64,000 bases of DNA from the NCBI GenBank assembly GCA_002245135.1, contig NGBS01000010.1:62001-126000 (forward strand), given 5' to 3'. The stretch is from Proteromonas lacertae (Eukaryota). Both the position numbers and the translations under genes were made by a program. This document shows positions 50,764 to 62,727 of the stretch, in pieces. The notes beneath the pieces were generated by a model, which made no database searches, was not told where the DNA came from, and saw only the letters and a list, made by a program, of their open reading frames with translations. Within the stretch, counting starts at the first letter, position 1. Each line of letters opens with the position of its first letter.

Positions 50764-51278
50764 ATGACATTAACGCAAGCTGAAATTGATGCTGCTAGAG
50801 ACTCATTTTTAGCTTTTGATAAAGACAGAAGTGGAACAATCGATATGTGGGAATTGAAACAGGTTTTAGAAGGTATTAATTAGTTTTTTATTGTACAATT
50901 TAAATAGCTATGGGACAAAAACCAACTGAAGAAGAGTTATTTCAAATGATAGCTGAAGTTGATGACAACATGAGTGGAGCTATTGATTTTAGTGAATTTT
51001 TACAAGTGATAGAGAATCAAAAGGAGAGAGCTGCTGCATTTGGAGATGAGAGTGATACAAGTATATATATTTTTGTTAATTTAAACATAGTTGATGCATT
51101 TGTTGCTTGTGGAGGAAATCCAGATAAGAGTGGTCATGTATCAAGAGATACGCTAGTGAAAATTATCAAAAATGACTTTGGTTTAACAATTAACATAGAA
51201 AAACTAATAAATGAGGTAGATTCAGATGGTAGTGGAGAAATCGAATATGATGAGTTTAAGCAGTTAATGAGTATTTAG
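50764..51278 (+). CDS. EF-hand calmodulin-like protein, outer-arm dynein LC4-like, paralog 2
   Basis: DKDRSGTIDMWEL, DAFVACGGNPDKSG, DFGLTINIEKL, DSDGSGEIEYDEF; same two intron positions as paralog 1. Confidence 0.85.
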
Positions 51279-51447
51279 AATAGATGAATTTTATATGTAT
51301 TTGATTTTAAAAATCAAAATTAGATAATAGTTTGTCTTTACATTAATATAAATATAAATTTCCTTTATATATATGCTTATGGTTTATTAGAGAGATATAT
51401 AACAAACATTATTCATAATATAACAAAATAAACATAAATTGAGTAAT

Positions 51448-52892
51448 TTAAGGATTTATTTCATCTCCTTTATCATCTATAAATATAATATAACAAATAT
51501 ATATACTATCATGATCATCCTCATAAAATTCACTCTCATTTCTAATCTTTTCATCTAATCCATCACTATTATCAACTCTCTTATCAATATTAGCATCACT
51601 ACTTATATCTTTATCTTCACTTAAATCTCGCCAATCAGGAGGAACATTCTGGAATGATACACTTGGACTATTCTCCATATCTCTCAAATTTTCAAATATT
51701 TCGATTTTCTTCTTTTCTAATTCTTTAGGATCATTCTTATTCTGTTTATGAGGATCAGGAGTTAAATGTAATTCATATTTAGGTTGATACCATTCAATAA
51801 ACTCATTATAAGGAATATTATTGTTCAAAGTCTCATTTAATATAATTGAAGTTTCATAACACCAACATCTACTCACATTCTTCATTGTATAACCTCCTCC
51901 ACCTAATACTAACATAGGAATATTGAATTTCCTAACAAAGTTAACACAATTGCCATGTCCTCTCAATGACATATTAAAACATCCTAATCTATCACCTGTT
52001 ATACTATCAGCACCACACTGTAATATTATAGCACCTGGTTGGAAATGAGTTATACAATGTTCGATTACTGGCTCAAATATTGATTTATAACTGTCATCAG
52101 TTATACCATCATCCAATGGCACATTCACTGCATATTTTTTACCTTTTCCTACACCAATTTCATCAATTCTTCCAGTTCCAGGGAAGAAATCACCATATTT
52201 ATGAAATGAAACTGTCATTACTCTGTTATTTGTATAAAATGCCTCTTCTACTCCATCTCCATGATGAATGTCGATATCTATATACATTACTCTTGCATGA
52301 TACTTCAGTAATTCTAATATTGCAATAACAATATCATTAATATAACAAAACCCACTTGCTTCTGTTTTCTTTGCATGATGCAAACCGCCTGACCAATTTA
52401 TACAGATATCATTCAATCCATGATTTAAACGAATTGCTGCATCAATTGAAGCACCTGTATATTTTTGACAAAATGTGTACATTCCATCAAACACTGGATT
52501 ATCGGTTCTATCACCAATTGAAACTATATTCATAATAAAAATTAAAAAGTATTAATATTAATATTTATACATTTATGCATTTGACTTGTAATAGATGTCG
52601 GCGGAAGAGAAGTCACTTTAGATAAAAAGTCAACATAATCATCACCATGAAAACGAGATAATTCTTCATATGATGCAACATGTGGTTTCTATATAGTTAA
52701 AATAATTAAAATAATACATAAACTTCCATTTTGTGATATAAGCCATAACTAACTAACAAATGATGAGCTAATTTTATTCTTTGTGGCTTCATTGGATGAT
52801 TTGGTCCATAATGATAATTTCCAATATCATCTGTAGATGAATAATCATAATAGAATCATACTTTGATAGAAATAAGCAACTCTATGCTTCAT
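51448..52892 (-). CDS. Class I histone deacetylase (RPD3/HDAC1-3 family)
   Basis: [57 protein letters not shown]. Confidence 0.96.
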
Positions 52893-53072
52893 TTTTCTTT
52901 TACGGTTATCCAAAAGTTTGATTCACAATCTCCCCACATTTCTTTAATTTTCTTTAATTTTGTTAATGAGATGTTTTATTATAATAAAAACACAAACAAT
53001 ATATTAGATGATAATAATAATACGAATTAAAATTTAAAAATATTATAAAAAACGAAAGGAACTAGAAACTAG

Positions 53073-54638
53073 CTAGTTGCAAGCACAAAATAGTTCAACA
53101 TTAGCATCACTGCAAGAATATGATTCTGGTACATCTTTAAACAAAGAATACACTGAATTATCCAAAGCCTTTCCTTCATTCAACTTCACAATCTCTTTAA
53201 GCATTTCATGGAATTGATAATGAGTTGTAAATCTATTCTGATTTCTTCTCATGCTATTATAAATGGCAGGATATTGTTGAGCAAAAGATTTAGGTGTAAT
53301 AATAATCATAGCAGGAAGGGCTCTGTCATTTTTACCATATTCAGTATTATAGAATGGTCCATAATGAATACCATGATCGCCGAATATTACAGTAATAGAA
53401 TGTTTCATTACATTGTTAATCTTCTTTAAATGTTCAGCAAAATCATGATCTACTCTTAACAGTGCTTCATGATATGGCTACCCAATGTAATAATAATAAT
53501 AATAATAATATACATCATGAGTTTCACTAAATATATTTAACGAAAAGAACAACTGTTCATTCTCATCATAATACTTTAATGCTTCTTGTTGATAGTTCAA
53601 ATAATGTTCATGCATTTGTAAATTACCAATACATCTAGGATCAGGACCAACTGCAGCTTTACTATATAAATTAACAATAATATAATATAATATATATATA
53701 TATATATATATATAATACTAGTACATATCAGGATGACATCCCAATGAGAATTCATGATCACATCCAATATGTTTAACATGTGGATGATGATATCCTAAAT
53801 CTCTATCACAAAATTGTTGTAATAATATTGTCTTATAATGATGATCATTGTATATCTTATTAGGTAATTCTTTATAGTATTTATTATTTGTATCATTATT
53901 AGCCGTTGTTTCATTTATTCCATAAAATATTGGTAAATAATTGGGAATAGAATTATGGCCTATTGTGTGATATCTATAGAATTCGAATATATCAAATTCA
54001 TTATCTATTGTATTTAAATAATTGATTGTTTCAACCATCTGTTCACTTAGTTGTGATCTTGAACAGCCATCTAATAGATAGAGATTTACACTGTACTGAT
54101 TTGGTTTTCTTTTCCTTGCATTTAGCGATGTTGGTATGAACTTTAAGTATAATGTTTCTTTTTTATTTGAATCTATCACTGATATGTGTTCATATTGAAT
54201 TTTTGTTTTTTCACCTGCTTTTAGTGAGGCAATGTGCTGATTTTTCTCTTTTGATTGGTTGTGAAACATATAAGTGTTAACAAAAGTTATACTTACATCA
54301 TTTATTGCTTTTACTTCATCACCTTCTAATATGATTGATTCGACCACTTTTTTACAGCCGCCATTATGTTTTTTAGGGTAAGGGATGGGAGTTATACTGC
54401 AATTAAGCTGACAAACATTTGGAATAGGGTAGTAATAGGAATTCTTTAGCTTACTTGTGCATAGCTTACCTTGCAGAACAGGTTGTACACTATAGGATGG
54501 TTCTTCTACTTCAGTATGCCTTAATCCTCTATTTTTGTATAACAAGGATGGATAAAGGGTTAAGGCGATTAAAATGATTGTGGATAAACAACATACTCCT
54601 GTAAATAGTTTGCAATAGTTATTATTTAACGAAGTCAT
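53073..54638 (-). CDS. DUF229-like / alkaline-phosphatase-sulfatase-superfamily type II membrane protein
   Basis: N-terminal TM; VNLYLLDGCSRSQ, YHTIGHNSIPN, IFGDHG, NQNRFTTHYQFHEML, SCSDANV..FCAC. Confidence 0.7.
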
Positions 54639-54922
54639 TTTGTTTTTATGTGATTTGAAGAAAGTGTTTTTCTCGAAAACGAATAGTTTTTTGAGAATAT
54701 AATATTTTATTTCATCAATTAACATACTAGTATAATATTGCACAATGAATAACATTATATCATTATCTATCACTTTCTACTATCAGTATATCACTATTGC
54801 AAAATAGTAATTAAATTATGAAACTATTTTCTATTACAACAACACACTCATAACACATATTATTATAAGAACTTAAAAAAATATTATTTATTAACTATAT
54901 TGTAAGTTGTATCAACCATTAA

Positions 54923-55232
54923 TCAACTGGATTTTGGTGCAGATTCTGGTTTAGATGAATTTATTTCTGCTTCTTTTGGTTTGATCTATAATGAAATAAC
55001 ATATCTATACAGTATTTTCATCATCATATTTGCCGGGGTAATCAACATATTTTGGAAGTTGTTTTTCTTCATTTGGATTTGCTGGTGTTCTTAAACAGTG
55101 AAAAAATTCATGAAGATGATGAGGAATCTGTCCCCTTCTTCCACTAGTCCATATATCATCTATAAAGTTATCAAGTAAATAAGCACAACGATGTGGTTGT
55201 GGTTTGTGATATTCATACGGTTTTAAAGGCAT
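54923..55232 (-). CDS. Small protein, possibly divergent complex I subunit NDUFS5-like
   Basis: MPLKPYEYHKPQPHRCAYLLDNF...LHEFFHCLR; one 25-nt intron. The RC...CL spacing is reminiscent of NDUFS5, but the inner cysteines are absent. Confidence 0.4.
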
Positions 55233-55369
55233 TTTCAAAAAACAAAAATAATAGAAATTAATTCGTTTCACATTCCATCCAAACATAGTTTGATAATTTT
55301 TTTTTTTTTTTTTAATTCTTTCTTTCATCAAACGAATCTTTGGCTGTTATCACCACATAATTAATCTAA

Positions 55370-57960
55370 ATGATTAATGTTCCATCAAGGTATAATTAAA
55401 ATTATTTTTATTTATATAGAACACTTGGTCTTAAAGAATTTGTATGACTTATACTATTCTATATGCTTAGATTGATGATTCAAATTATTTGATTGACAAT
55501 CTACAGGATAGAGTTACTCAGACACTCAATTCTCAAAAATATCCCAACCTTACAGATAGTTTCAATTTAGAACTTCATCAAATACTAAATCCATTAAGAT
55601 CAATAGTACATAAAATAGAAACAGGATATAACAATGTTGACAAATTTTTGAAAATGAGAGAGGAATGTGATAAGACAATATCTCAATACATAGAAGTAGT
55701 ATCAAAAATACCAGAATTTGGTGAAGGTGCTGATGACATAATATTATTACAAAAGCACATCATTTCCAATCAAAGAAACCTAATAACCCAGTTATTAATC
55801 CCCAATTTTCCTGTAGACACTGTACCAGTGATTAATATAGACCAACCAAGAAGACCATCTATAGATTCAAGAAATAGGAGTAAATCAGTTGCTTCACATA
55901 TCTCATTTGACGAAGAAAGTGATCTTTTACCAATGAATCTGAAAATAGCGACAATGCTACAACAATATGAAGAAGATTTAATCGCTAATTTTGCTAGAGA
56001 ATTAGAAATAAGAAAAGAAGAGAATAGAATATTACATGAAGAATTAGATAAGAAATATCCAGTAGTAAAACCGATAGAGCCAAATGAAATATATAAAAAG
56101 AGAATAAATGAGTTGGAAATCATCATAGATCAGTTAAAAGTAGAGAATTTAGAGTTACAAAGTGATAGTAATTATTTATTAGTCAACGCAAATCATATAC
56201 TTATACCATTTGAAGAGAAGAATCGATTGAGTAATAATAATAATAATAATAATAATACTTTAGAACATTCCAATTATATATTATTTGACACATTAGAAAC
56301 TATAAAAAATGATTTATCAATAATTCATAAAGAATTAAATAGAATCATCAAAATGAAAAATAATTATATAACCAATATAGAATCGAATAAGTATGATGAA
56401 TATAATAAAACAATATCAGCTGTAAATGAACTAGCCAATAATAATAATAATGTAACAGATCCACTTATATCACCAAAAAGAAATAAAATATTGAGTGAAT
56501 CAATAAAGAAATGTTCAGAATTAATACGAAATGTAGGAGATATTACCAGTGATTATAAGAGGATGAAAGATAAAATAAAAGACGAAATGAGAGAAGAAAT
56601 GAAAGAGAAATATATGTTGATGAATAAACAGAAGACTATGCAATACAAGAAACTGGAAGAAGAGAATAACAGATTGAAAGAATTGTTGAAATTGAGAGAA
56701 AATGAACTAGAATTAGTAGAGAGAGAAAATGAGAGATTGAAAATGATGAAGGAAGATGTATTATCACATTTACTTAGACAGCTAAACAGTATAAATAATA
56801 GTCATAATAATAATAATAATAATAATGAAGATAATAATAATAATAGTGAGATAACGGATTATATGAATAGAAAATACAGTATAAAACGTAAAGAATGTCT
56901 ATTAAAAGATATAACCATTCAATATTTAAAGTCAATTATTAATAAACAAAAACAAGTATCAAATCTTTCCAATGTTCAAGTTGTATCACTAATACAGGAG
57001 TTTAATCAAATAAAAACTCAATATGAAGAGTTATTGTACAATGATATAAATGATAATAGTATTATAATGAATAATAAAAATTCATATTCAATGAATTTAT
57101 CCACAACACTTACACGTGGAAGAGTATTTTCACTGTCTTTTCCTCCATCTGCAGTAATGAATCATTCTTCTTTATCTCCATTTTCTCCTTCTCATTTGCA
57201 TAATAGCAATATCACTCCTTTATGTTTTCATAAATCATTAATCTTTGATAATAATAATTCTAATTTTTCATATAATAATGTTTCTACTCCTCATAGTTGT
57301 AGAAGTACTGCAAGTAGTTGTAGTAATATAAGTGACAGTATTAATTCTTCATCAACTCCTCCATTATCACCATCTGTTCCTACAATATATACGAAATGGT
57401 CTAAAAAGATAAGTGAATTGGAGGATTTGCTAGAAGATAAAAACGAGGAGATAAATGATTTACAATTAATAATAGTAAAGAATCAGAATAGAATAAATGA
57501 ATTAGAGATAGAATATAAAAATAAAGAGATTATATCAATTAATCTACAGAATCAGTTGAATCATATGATAGATAATGAAAATAAACATAATACAATGAAA
57601 TACAACTTAGGAATTATACATTATGATAGGATTGATATAGAATGCAAACATTTTACACTTTCTTCAATAATATTGGATGAGAGTAAGATAAATGATAAAA
57701 ATGAAGATGAAGATGATCAGTCCACTGTATATACACATGAATCTGAAAGATATAAAGAAGATTTGGATGCAAAAGTGTATAGTGTTATTTCCATATTATC
57801 AAATAAACATTCTGATTATGTTCAATTGAATGATTTTGAATTGAGAAGAATAATGGATATTTTAAAGAATGGTGAGTATGACATTTGTATATATGAATAT
57901 TTTATGAGGAAACTGTTTGTATTGGCTGTGAGTTTGTTTTTGATGGTAATTTATATATAA
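55370..57960 (+). CDS. Long coiled-coil protein with hydrophobic C-terminal tail (possibly tail-anchored)
   Basis: 823-aa ORF plus two small upstream exons; E/K/L-rich heptads; ends KLFVLAVSLFLMVIYI. Confidence 0.7.
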
Positions 57961-58221
57961 TTTGTAGATATATATATATATATAGATAGATAGATATTTA
58001 AGTGTTAAATATATTTTTTCATGTGTTGTTTGTAATGGATGGATGAAAGAGAAAGTATTTTATAATATAATACATAAATTTCATCAAATTATTTTATATA
58101 ATTTCTTTTCTCCTCTTTCAGGTAATTATTTCTACAGCTGAATATATACTATTCATTATCTTTGTATAATCTTCTTCTTCTAATTTAATGGTATAATCAA
58201 ACACATCAAAATCATTTTTAA

Positions 58222-58485
58222 AAGGCTTGTTATTATTATGCATGTAATGGCAAAAGTCAAGATATTGCAAGATATTGTCATATTGGAAGAGTTGTTAATA
58301 AAAATCCAAATTTCTATAATCATAGAGATGGTTCAATTTATGAAGTGATTGTTGATATGAATAAAAGAGAATTTTGGATAAGTCATAATAATTCATCTCC
58401 TGTTTTACTTGTTAAAGATTTACTTTCTCCATATTATACATATGCTGCATTAGTATGGGGAAACACTATCTGTATGTCATTATGA
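58222..58485 (+). pseudogene. SPRY/B30.2-like C-terminal fragment without an evident start
   Basis: DGSIYEVIVDMNKREFWISHNN...YYTYAALVWG; in-frame TAA immediately upstream. Confidence 0.4.
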
Positions 58486-59178
58486 ATAACCATTTTATTT
58501 TTATTCTCTTTTGTTGTACTTACAAAAAAGACAAATCAAAATAAATCAAATGTAAATCAGTTATAGTTGGGCTATATTTAATTAATTTATATATTTGAAG
58601 ATATATTTTTCTACACTACTGAAACAGAAGACATGATTTCTAACATACCAATAATATATATGCTATCATGTTAGTTTCACGCAAATTATTACATTTACTA
58701 TGTCAACGAATTTGATTTTCCTCTTAACATTCACTTTTTTAATTTTTTAATTGTCAAGCCTAAATATAAGCTTGAATCAAAATTTTTAAAAAATTTGATA
58801 ATTGACACTATTTCGTATATAGCATATATAATTTAAACAACCAAAAATTCCTACAACAAATGGATGATATAGAAAGAAGGTATATTTAGTAATTCTAGAA
58901 ACAATCACCAAAACTCAAAGGAAGATAATAACCGATTTACTCTTTCCAGATGAAGATATTCTTTCAATATCATACAATAATATAATACAAAATGTTCCAT
59001 CTCCAACAGCATCCTATTCTAGACGTAAAGATTCAGTTTGTTCCTGTTCATCACCAATTCATTCACACTAACCACTGCATAATTCATACTTACATTTATT
59101 AAGTGTTTGTTGTATTTCATTTTTTACTTGAAAGTTTGTAAATACTTAACATGAATAATAATTTATTCTTATTTTAAT

Positions 59179-60126
59179 ATGATTTATACAATTTCATTCT
59201 TATTTATTATAGTAATTAGCTTTATTTTAATATATTATCTGTCAAACAGAAATAAAGAATTGTCTATAATCAATACTACACAACTACATAATAATGAAGA
59301 ATGTGGAAAGAGTTATATTCAGTCAAAATATTTCCCATATATAAGTAAATGTGTAAATTGCAAAACAGTTTATAAGAGAATGATGAATAGAAAACCAGCA
59401 TCAAGTTGGCCTCCTCCAAAATACCCTCCTGATAATTTAATTAAGAATTTTACACAGAATGGAGAAATGCCTATAGAAGGAATTCATTATATGGCTCAAA
59501 GATATTCTGGTGTTGAAGCATTTACTAAAGAATGGAATCAATCATTAATCGATGATATGGTAAGCAAATATAATAATCATATTCACTTTGGTTCATATTA
59601 TGTAAATGATATTGAATTGATAAGTAATTGTTTAAGCAATTATAGTATGGAAAATAAGAATATTGCTGTTATTGGATCAGAAAGACCATGGATTGAAGCT
59701 ATTTTAACAACTAAGAATCCTGCATCTATTACTACAATTGAATATGGCAAAATAAAATCAAATGTTCCCTTAATAAAGGTATTTACACCAAAAGAATTTG
59801 CAGAAAAAACATTAAGAGAAAATATAAAATATGATTTTGTTATATCTTATTCTTCATTAGAACATTCTGGGTTAGGAAGATATGGTGATGAATTAGAACC
59901 AGATGGAGATATAAATGCTGTTGAAGAAATATATTGTATGTTAAAGAAAGATGGTTTATTTTTTCTTACAGTACAGTATGCGAAAAAATCATCTATACTG
60001 TGGAATGTTCACAGATATTATGGACCTGAAAGATTGAAATACTTAATGGCAAATTTTGAACAATTGAGTTATTGTGGTGAATTATTAGATAGAAATAAAG
60101 TAGGTATGTTAGTGTTTAAAAAGTAA
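59179..60126 (+). CDS. DUF268-family methyltransferase-like type II membrane protein, intronless
   Basis: AVIGSERPWIE, TTIEY, SYSSLEHSGLGRYGD..EPDGD, WNVHRYYGPERL; N-terminal anchor. Confidence 0.85.
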   Translation: MIYTISFLFIIVISFILIYYLSNRNKELSIINTTQLHNNEECGKSYIQSKYFPYISKCVNCKTVYKRMMNRKPASSWPPPKYPPDNLIKNFTQNGEMPIEGIHYMAQRYSGVEAFTKEWNQSLIDDMVSKYNNHIHFGSYYVNDIELISNCLSNYSMENKNIAVIGSERPWIEAILTTKNPASITTIEYGKIKSNVPLIKVFTPKEFAEKTLRENIKYDFVISYSSLEHSGLGRYGDELEPDGDINAVEEIYCMLKKDGLFFLTVQYAKKSSILWNVHRYYGPERLKYLMANFEQLSYCGELLDRNKVGMLVFKK

Positions 60127-60190
60127 TAAATTCTAATTTGTGTATATTTTCATTTGTTAAAGTCATTACGATTGATATAGATATATTTAT

Positions 60191-60844
60191 ATGATTTATA
60201 TTATTGTTATTATTGTTACTTTAGTAGTAGGTACATACTATGCTTTGTCAAAACTAAAAATGAATAAAGAATATAATTGTGACACTACAAAAAGTGAAAA
60301 ATGGGGTGGTTTTTGTATAAATAGAAAAAATCCTAATGTTGGATGGAATAATGTACTTGATTCTGGTTTAGCTATGGAAGTAATAAATCTTTTCAAAAAT
60401 GAGACAATAATAGATTTAGGTGCTGGTGTTGGACAATATTGCGAAGTAATTCGTAACTACACCACTTGCGATGCATATGATGGATCTAAAAACATTGAGA
60501 TTATTACAAATAGAAAAGTAAAGTTTTTGAATATTGCCAAAAGAATTAACTTTAATTGCCTACATGATGTTGTAATGTCAATTGAAGTAGGAGAACATAT
60601 ACCTCAAATGTATGAAAATACATATGTAGAAAATTTAATAAAATGTTCAAAGAAAACAATAATTTTGACATGGGCAAGAAGAGGACAAGGAGGATTTTCT
60701 CATATAAATGAAAAAAATAAAAATGAAGTAATTAGTTTATTTACTTCAAAAGGATTAAATTGGAATGATTCTATACATAAAAGGCTTTATAGAAGTAGCA
60801 AAATAAATTACATAAGAAACAATCTAATGGTATTCAGTAAATAA
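60191..60844 (+). CDS. Class I SAM-dependent methyltransferase with N-terminal anchor, intronless
   Basis: IIDLGAGVGQY (motif I), AYDGS, VMSIEVGEHIP, TWARRGQGGFSHINE. Confidence 0.85.
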   Translation: MIYIIVIIVTLVVGTYYALSKLKMNKEYNCDTTKSEKWGGFCINRKNPNVGWNNVLDSGLAMEVINLFKNETIIDLGAGVGQYCEVIRNYTTCDAYDGSKNIEIITNRKVKFLNIAKRINFNCLHDVVMSIEVGEHIPQMYENTYVENLIKCSKKTIILTWARRGQGGFSHINEKNKNEVISLFTSKGLNWNDSIHKRLYRSSKINYIRNNLMVFSK

Positions 60845-60892
60845 TCTAAGATTTATGATATTAATCAAGAAATCAAGCATATTCACACTACA

Positions 60893-62701
60893 CTATAAAT
60901 ATTTAATATGTTTTATTGGTTTTGGAAGTGGATGATATAAAATGCTATAATTATATTCCTGTGAAAAATTTCTAGCAAACTCATTTGTAAATCTAAATTC
61001 TCTTAATTCATGCCAAAATAATGTTGATGATTTACATATAGGTTTTTCTATAATTTGTTCAGAAAAATAATCCTTAAAAATATAAACCATTTCCCTATTA
61101 AGATGATTATCATCCCTATAAATTTGTATAGAATTAATAGTTAAATTACAAATATGATTATTAGGACAAAGTAGTAGAAATGGATTAAGAGTTATTATTG
61201 ATGGATGTATTTTATAGTAAGCTAATGTTGCGTTGTTACCTATTTCAAACGTAGTGAATCCTTTCTGTTGAGCTTCAAATGGATCAAAACACAAATAAGG
61301 ATTATCCATAATATATACTACTTTCTTACTGTGTCTTTTAAATAACTTTAGATATTTATTTAATGTTGTTTCTACCTTACTTTGAGTTTCATTAAAAATT
61401 TCCATATTAATCATTAATCCAGAAAAAATAATTTCTATGTTTTTGTATGGATTTAAAATCTTATCAATTGTTCTTTCATCATTATTCAGTAAGTGCCAAA
61501 AATAAGAGAGAAACAAAACTGAAGGTTCTTTAATGAAATACTTTATTACGTTAAAATATTGTTCTAAATGTGAATCTCCATAGAAAATATACTTTACTTT
61601 ATCGTATAATATATCGCATTTATAATCAATCATAAAATTACAATTACTACTTTTTTTTTTTGAACTGAAAAACATCCTATTCTGTTTGATTATTCTTTTG
61701 TTGATAAAATAGTTGATTATTAATATCAGTAAAAAGAAACAAACAAAATTAATACTCTTAGGAATGGATAAATTTTGAAAAGATCTTTCTATCAAATAAT
61801 ACGATATTGTAGAAATGATAAAACTAATAAATATCTTTTCATAATTCTTTATTGAAATAGATAAAACAGGATAATGTATGAGATATAATGAATATGAAAT
61901 TCTACCAAAAAAACTGATTATTTGATTTGATAAAATAATATTCTTTGATTGACTATCATTTACACACACTAATGAGGCAAAGAGAGTTGGAAAAAGTGTA
62001 AAAGGACCAGGCACAGAAAAATACTTGATAAATGTAACAAAAACTAGCAATATTAAATAAATATACTCAACATAATCTATTATAACCATCGATATTTTGT
62101 ATTTATCATATAATATATAAGATAAACAACCTAGAAGTAATTCCCATATTCTAGTATCAATCAAGAAATATGTATATTCAGCATGACTCTTATAATTCAC
62201 ACATAAAAGTATATATGATACAATTGTAATTCCTAATACTACATATTTAAATATAATATTACACATTATAAATATTATAGGATAAAATATATAAAATTGA
62301 TTCTCAATAGATAAAGACCAAAAATGTAAAATTGGTGATTGATAGCCACAATAGAAATAATTGACTGATGATTTGTAAAATCTAATATTAGCTATATATA
62401 CAGTTGCTGATTGAATATCTTTCAGTAAAGTAATGCTTTTAAAATAATGAGTATTATCTACTAATATCCACCATAAGCAAACATAGGCTGCTGGATATAT
62501 TCTATTTATTCTTCTCTGATAAAATTTTAAGCAACTAAAGCCTTTTCTATATAAACTATTGGTAATTACAAATCCAGATACTACAAATAATATATCAACT
62601 CCATATACACCATTTACCAAAAAAGATGTATAATAATGAAACAATAATACAAAGAGAATAGAAACTCCTCTTAAACCTTCTATATCATCTCTAAAATTCA
62701 T
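60893..62701 (-). CDS. OafA/OatA-type O-acyltransferase (acyltransferase_3 plus SGNH), intronless
   Basis: RDDIEGLRG...LFH, GVDILFVVSGF, FYQRRINRIYP, LHFWSLSIENQFY, RIWELLLG, GRISYSLYLIH; SGNH motifs GDSH and YRDDNHL. Confidence 0.92.
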   Translation of the reverse strand: MNFRDDIEGLRGVSILFVLLFHYYTSFLVNGVYGVDILFVVSGFVITNSLYRKGFSCLKFYQRRINRIYPAAYVCLWWILVDNTHYFKSITLLKDIQSATVYIANIRFYKSSVNYFYCGYQSPILHFWSLSIENQFYIFYPIIFIMCNIIFKYVVLGITIVSYILLCVNYKSHAEYTYFLIDTRIWELLLGCLSYILYDKYKISMVIIDYVEYIYLILLVFVTFIKYFSVPGPFTLFPTLFASLVCVNDSQSKNIILSNQIISFFGRISYSLYLIHYPVLSISIKNYEKIFISFIISTISYYLIERSFQNLSIPKSINFVCFFLLILIINYFINKRIIKQNRMFFSSKKKSSNCNFMIDYKCDILYDKVKYIFYGDSHLEQYFNVIKYFIKEPSVLFLSYFWHLLNNDERTIDKILNPYKNIEIIFSGLMINMEIFNETQSKVETTLNKYLKLFKRHSKKVVYIMDNPYLCFDPFEAQQKGFTTFEIGNNATLAYYKIHPSIITLNPFLLLCPNNHICNLTINSIQIYRDDNHLNREMVYIFKDYFSEQIIEKPICKSSTLFWHELREFRFTNEFARNFSQEYNYSILYHPLPKPIKHIKYL

Positions 62702-62727
62702 CTTAATAATGACAAACTAGAATTGAA

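Noticed and set aside
46289..59111. Stop codons created by polyadenylation (TGTTTGTT motif at 46320, 51401 on the minus strand, 59104), as known from Blastocystis
   Set aside because: The motif does lie 30-40 nt downstream of some genes, but every gene model I could complete already has a genomic stop codon.
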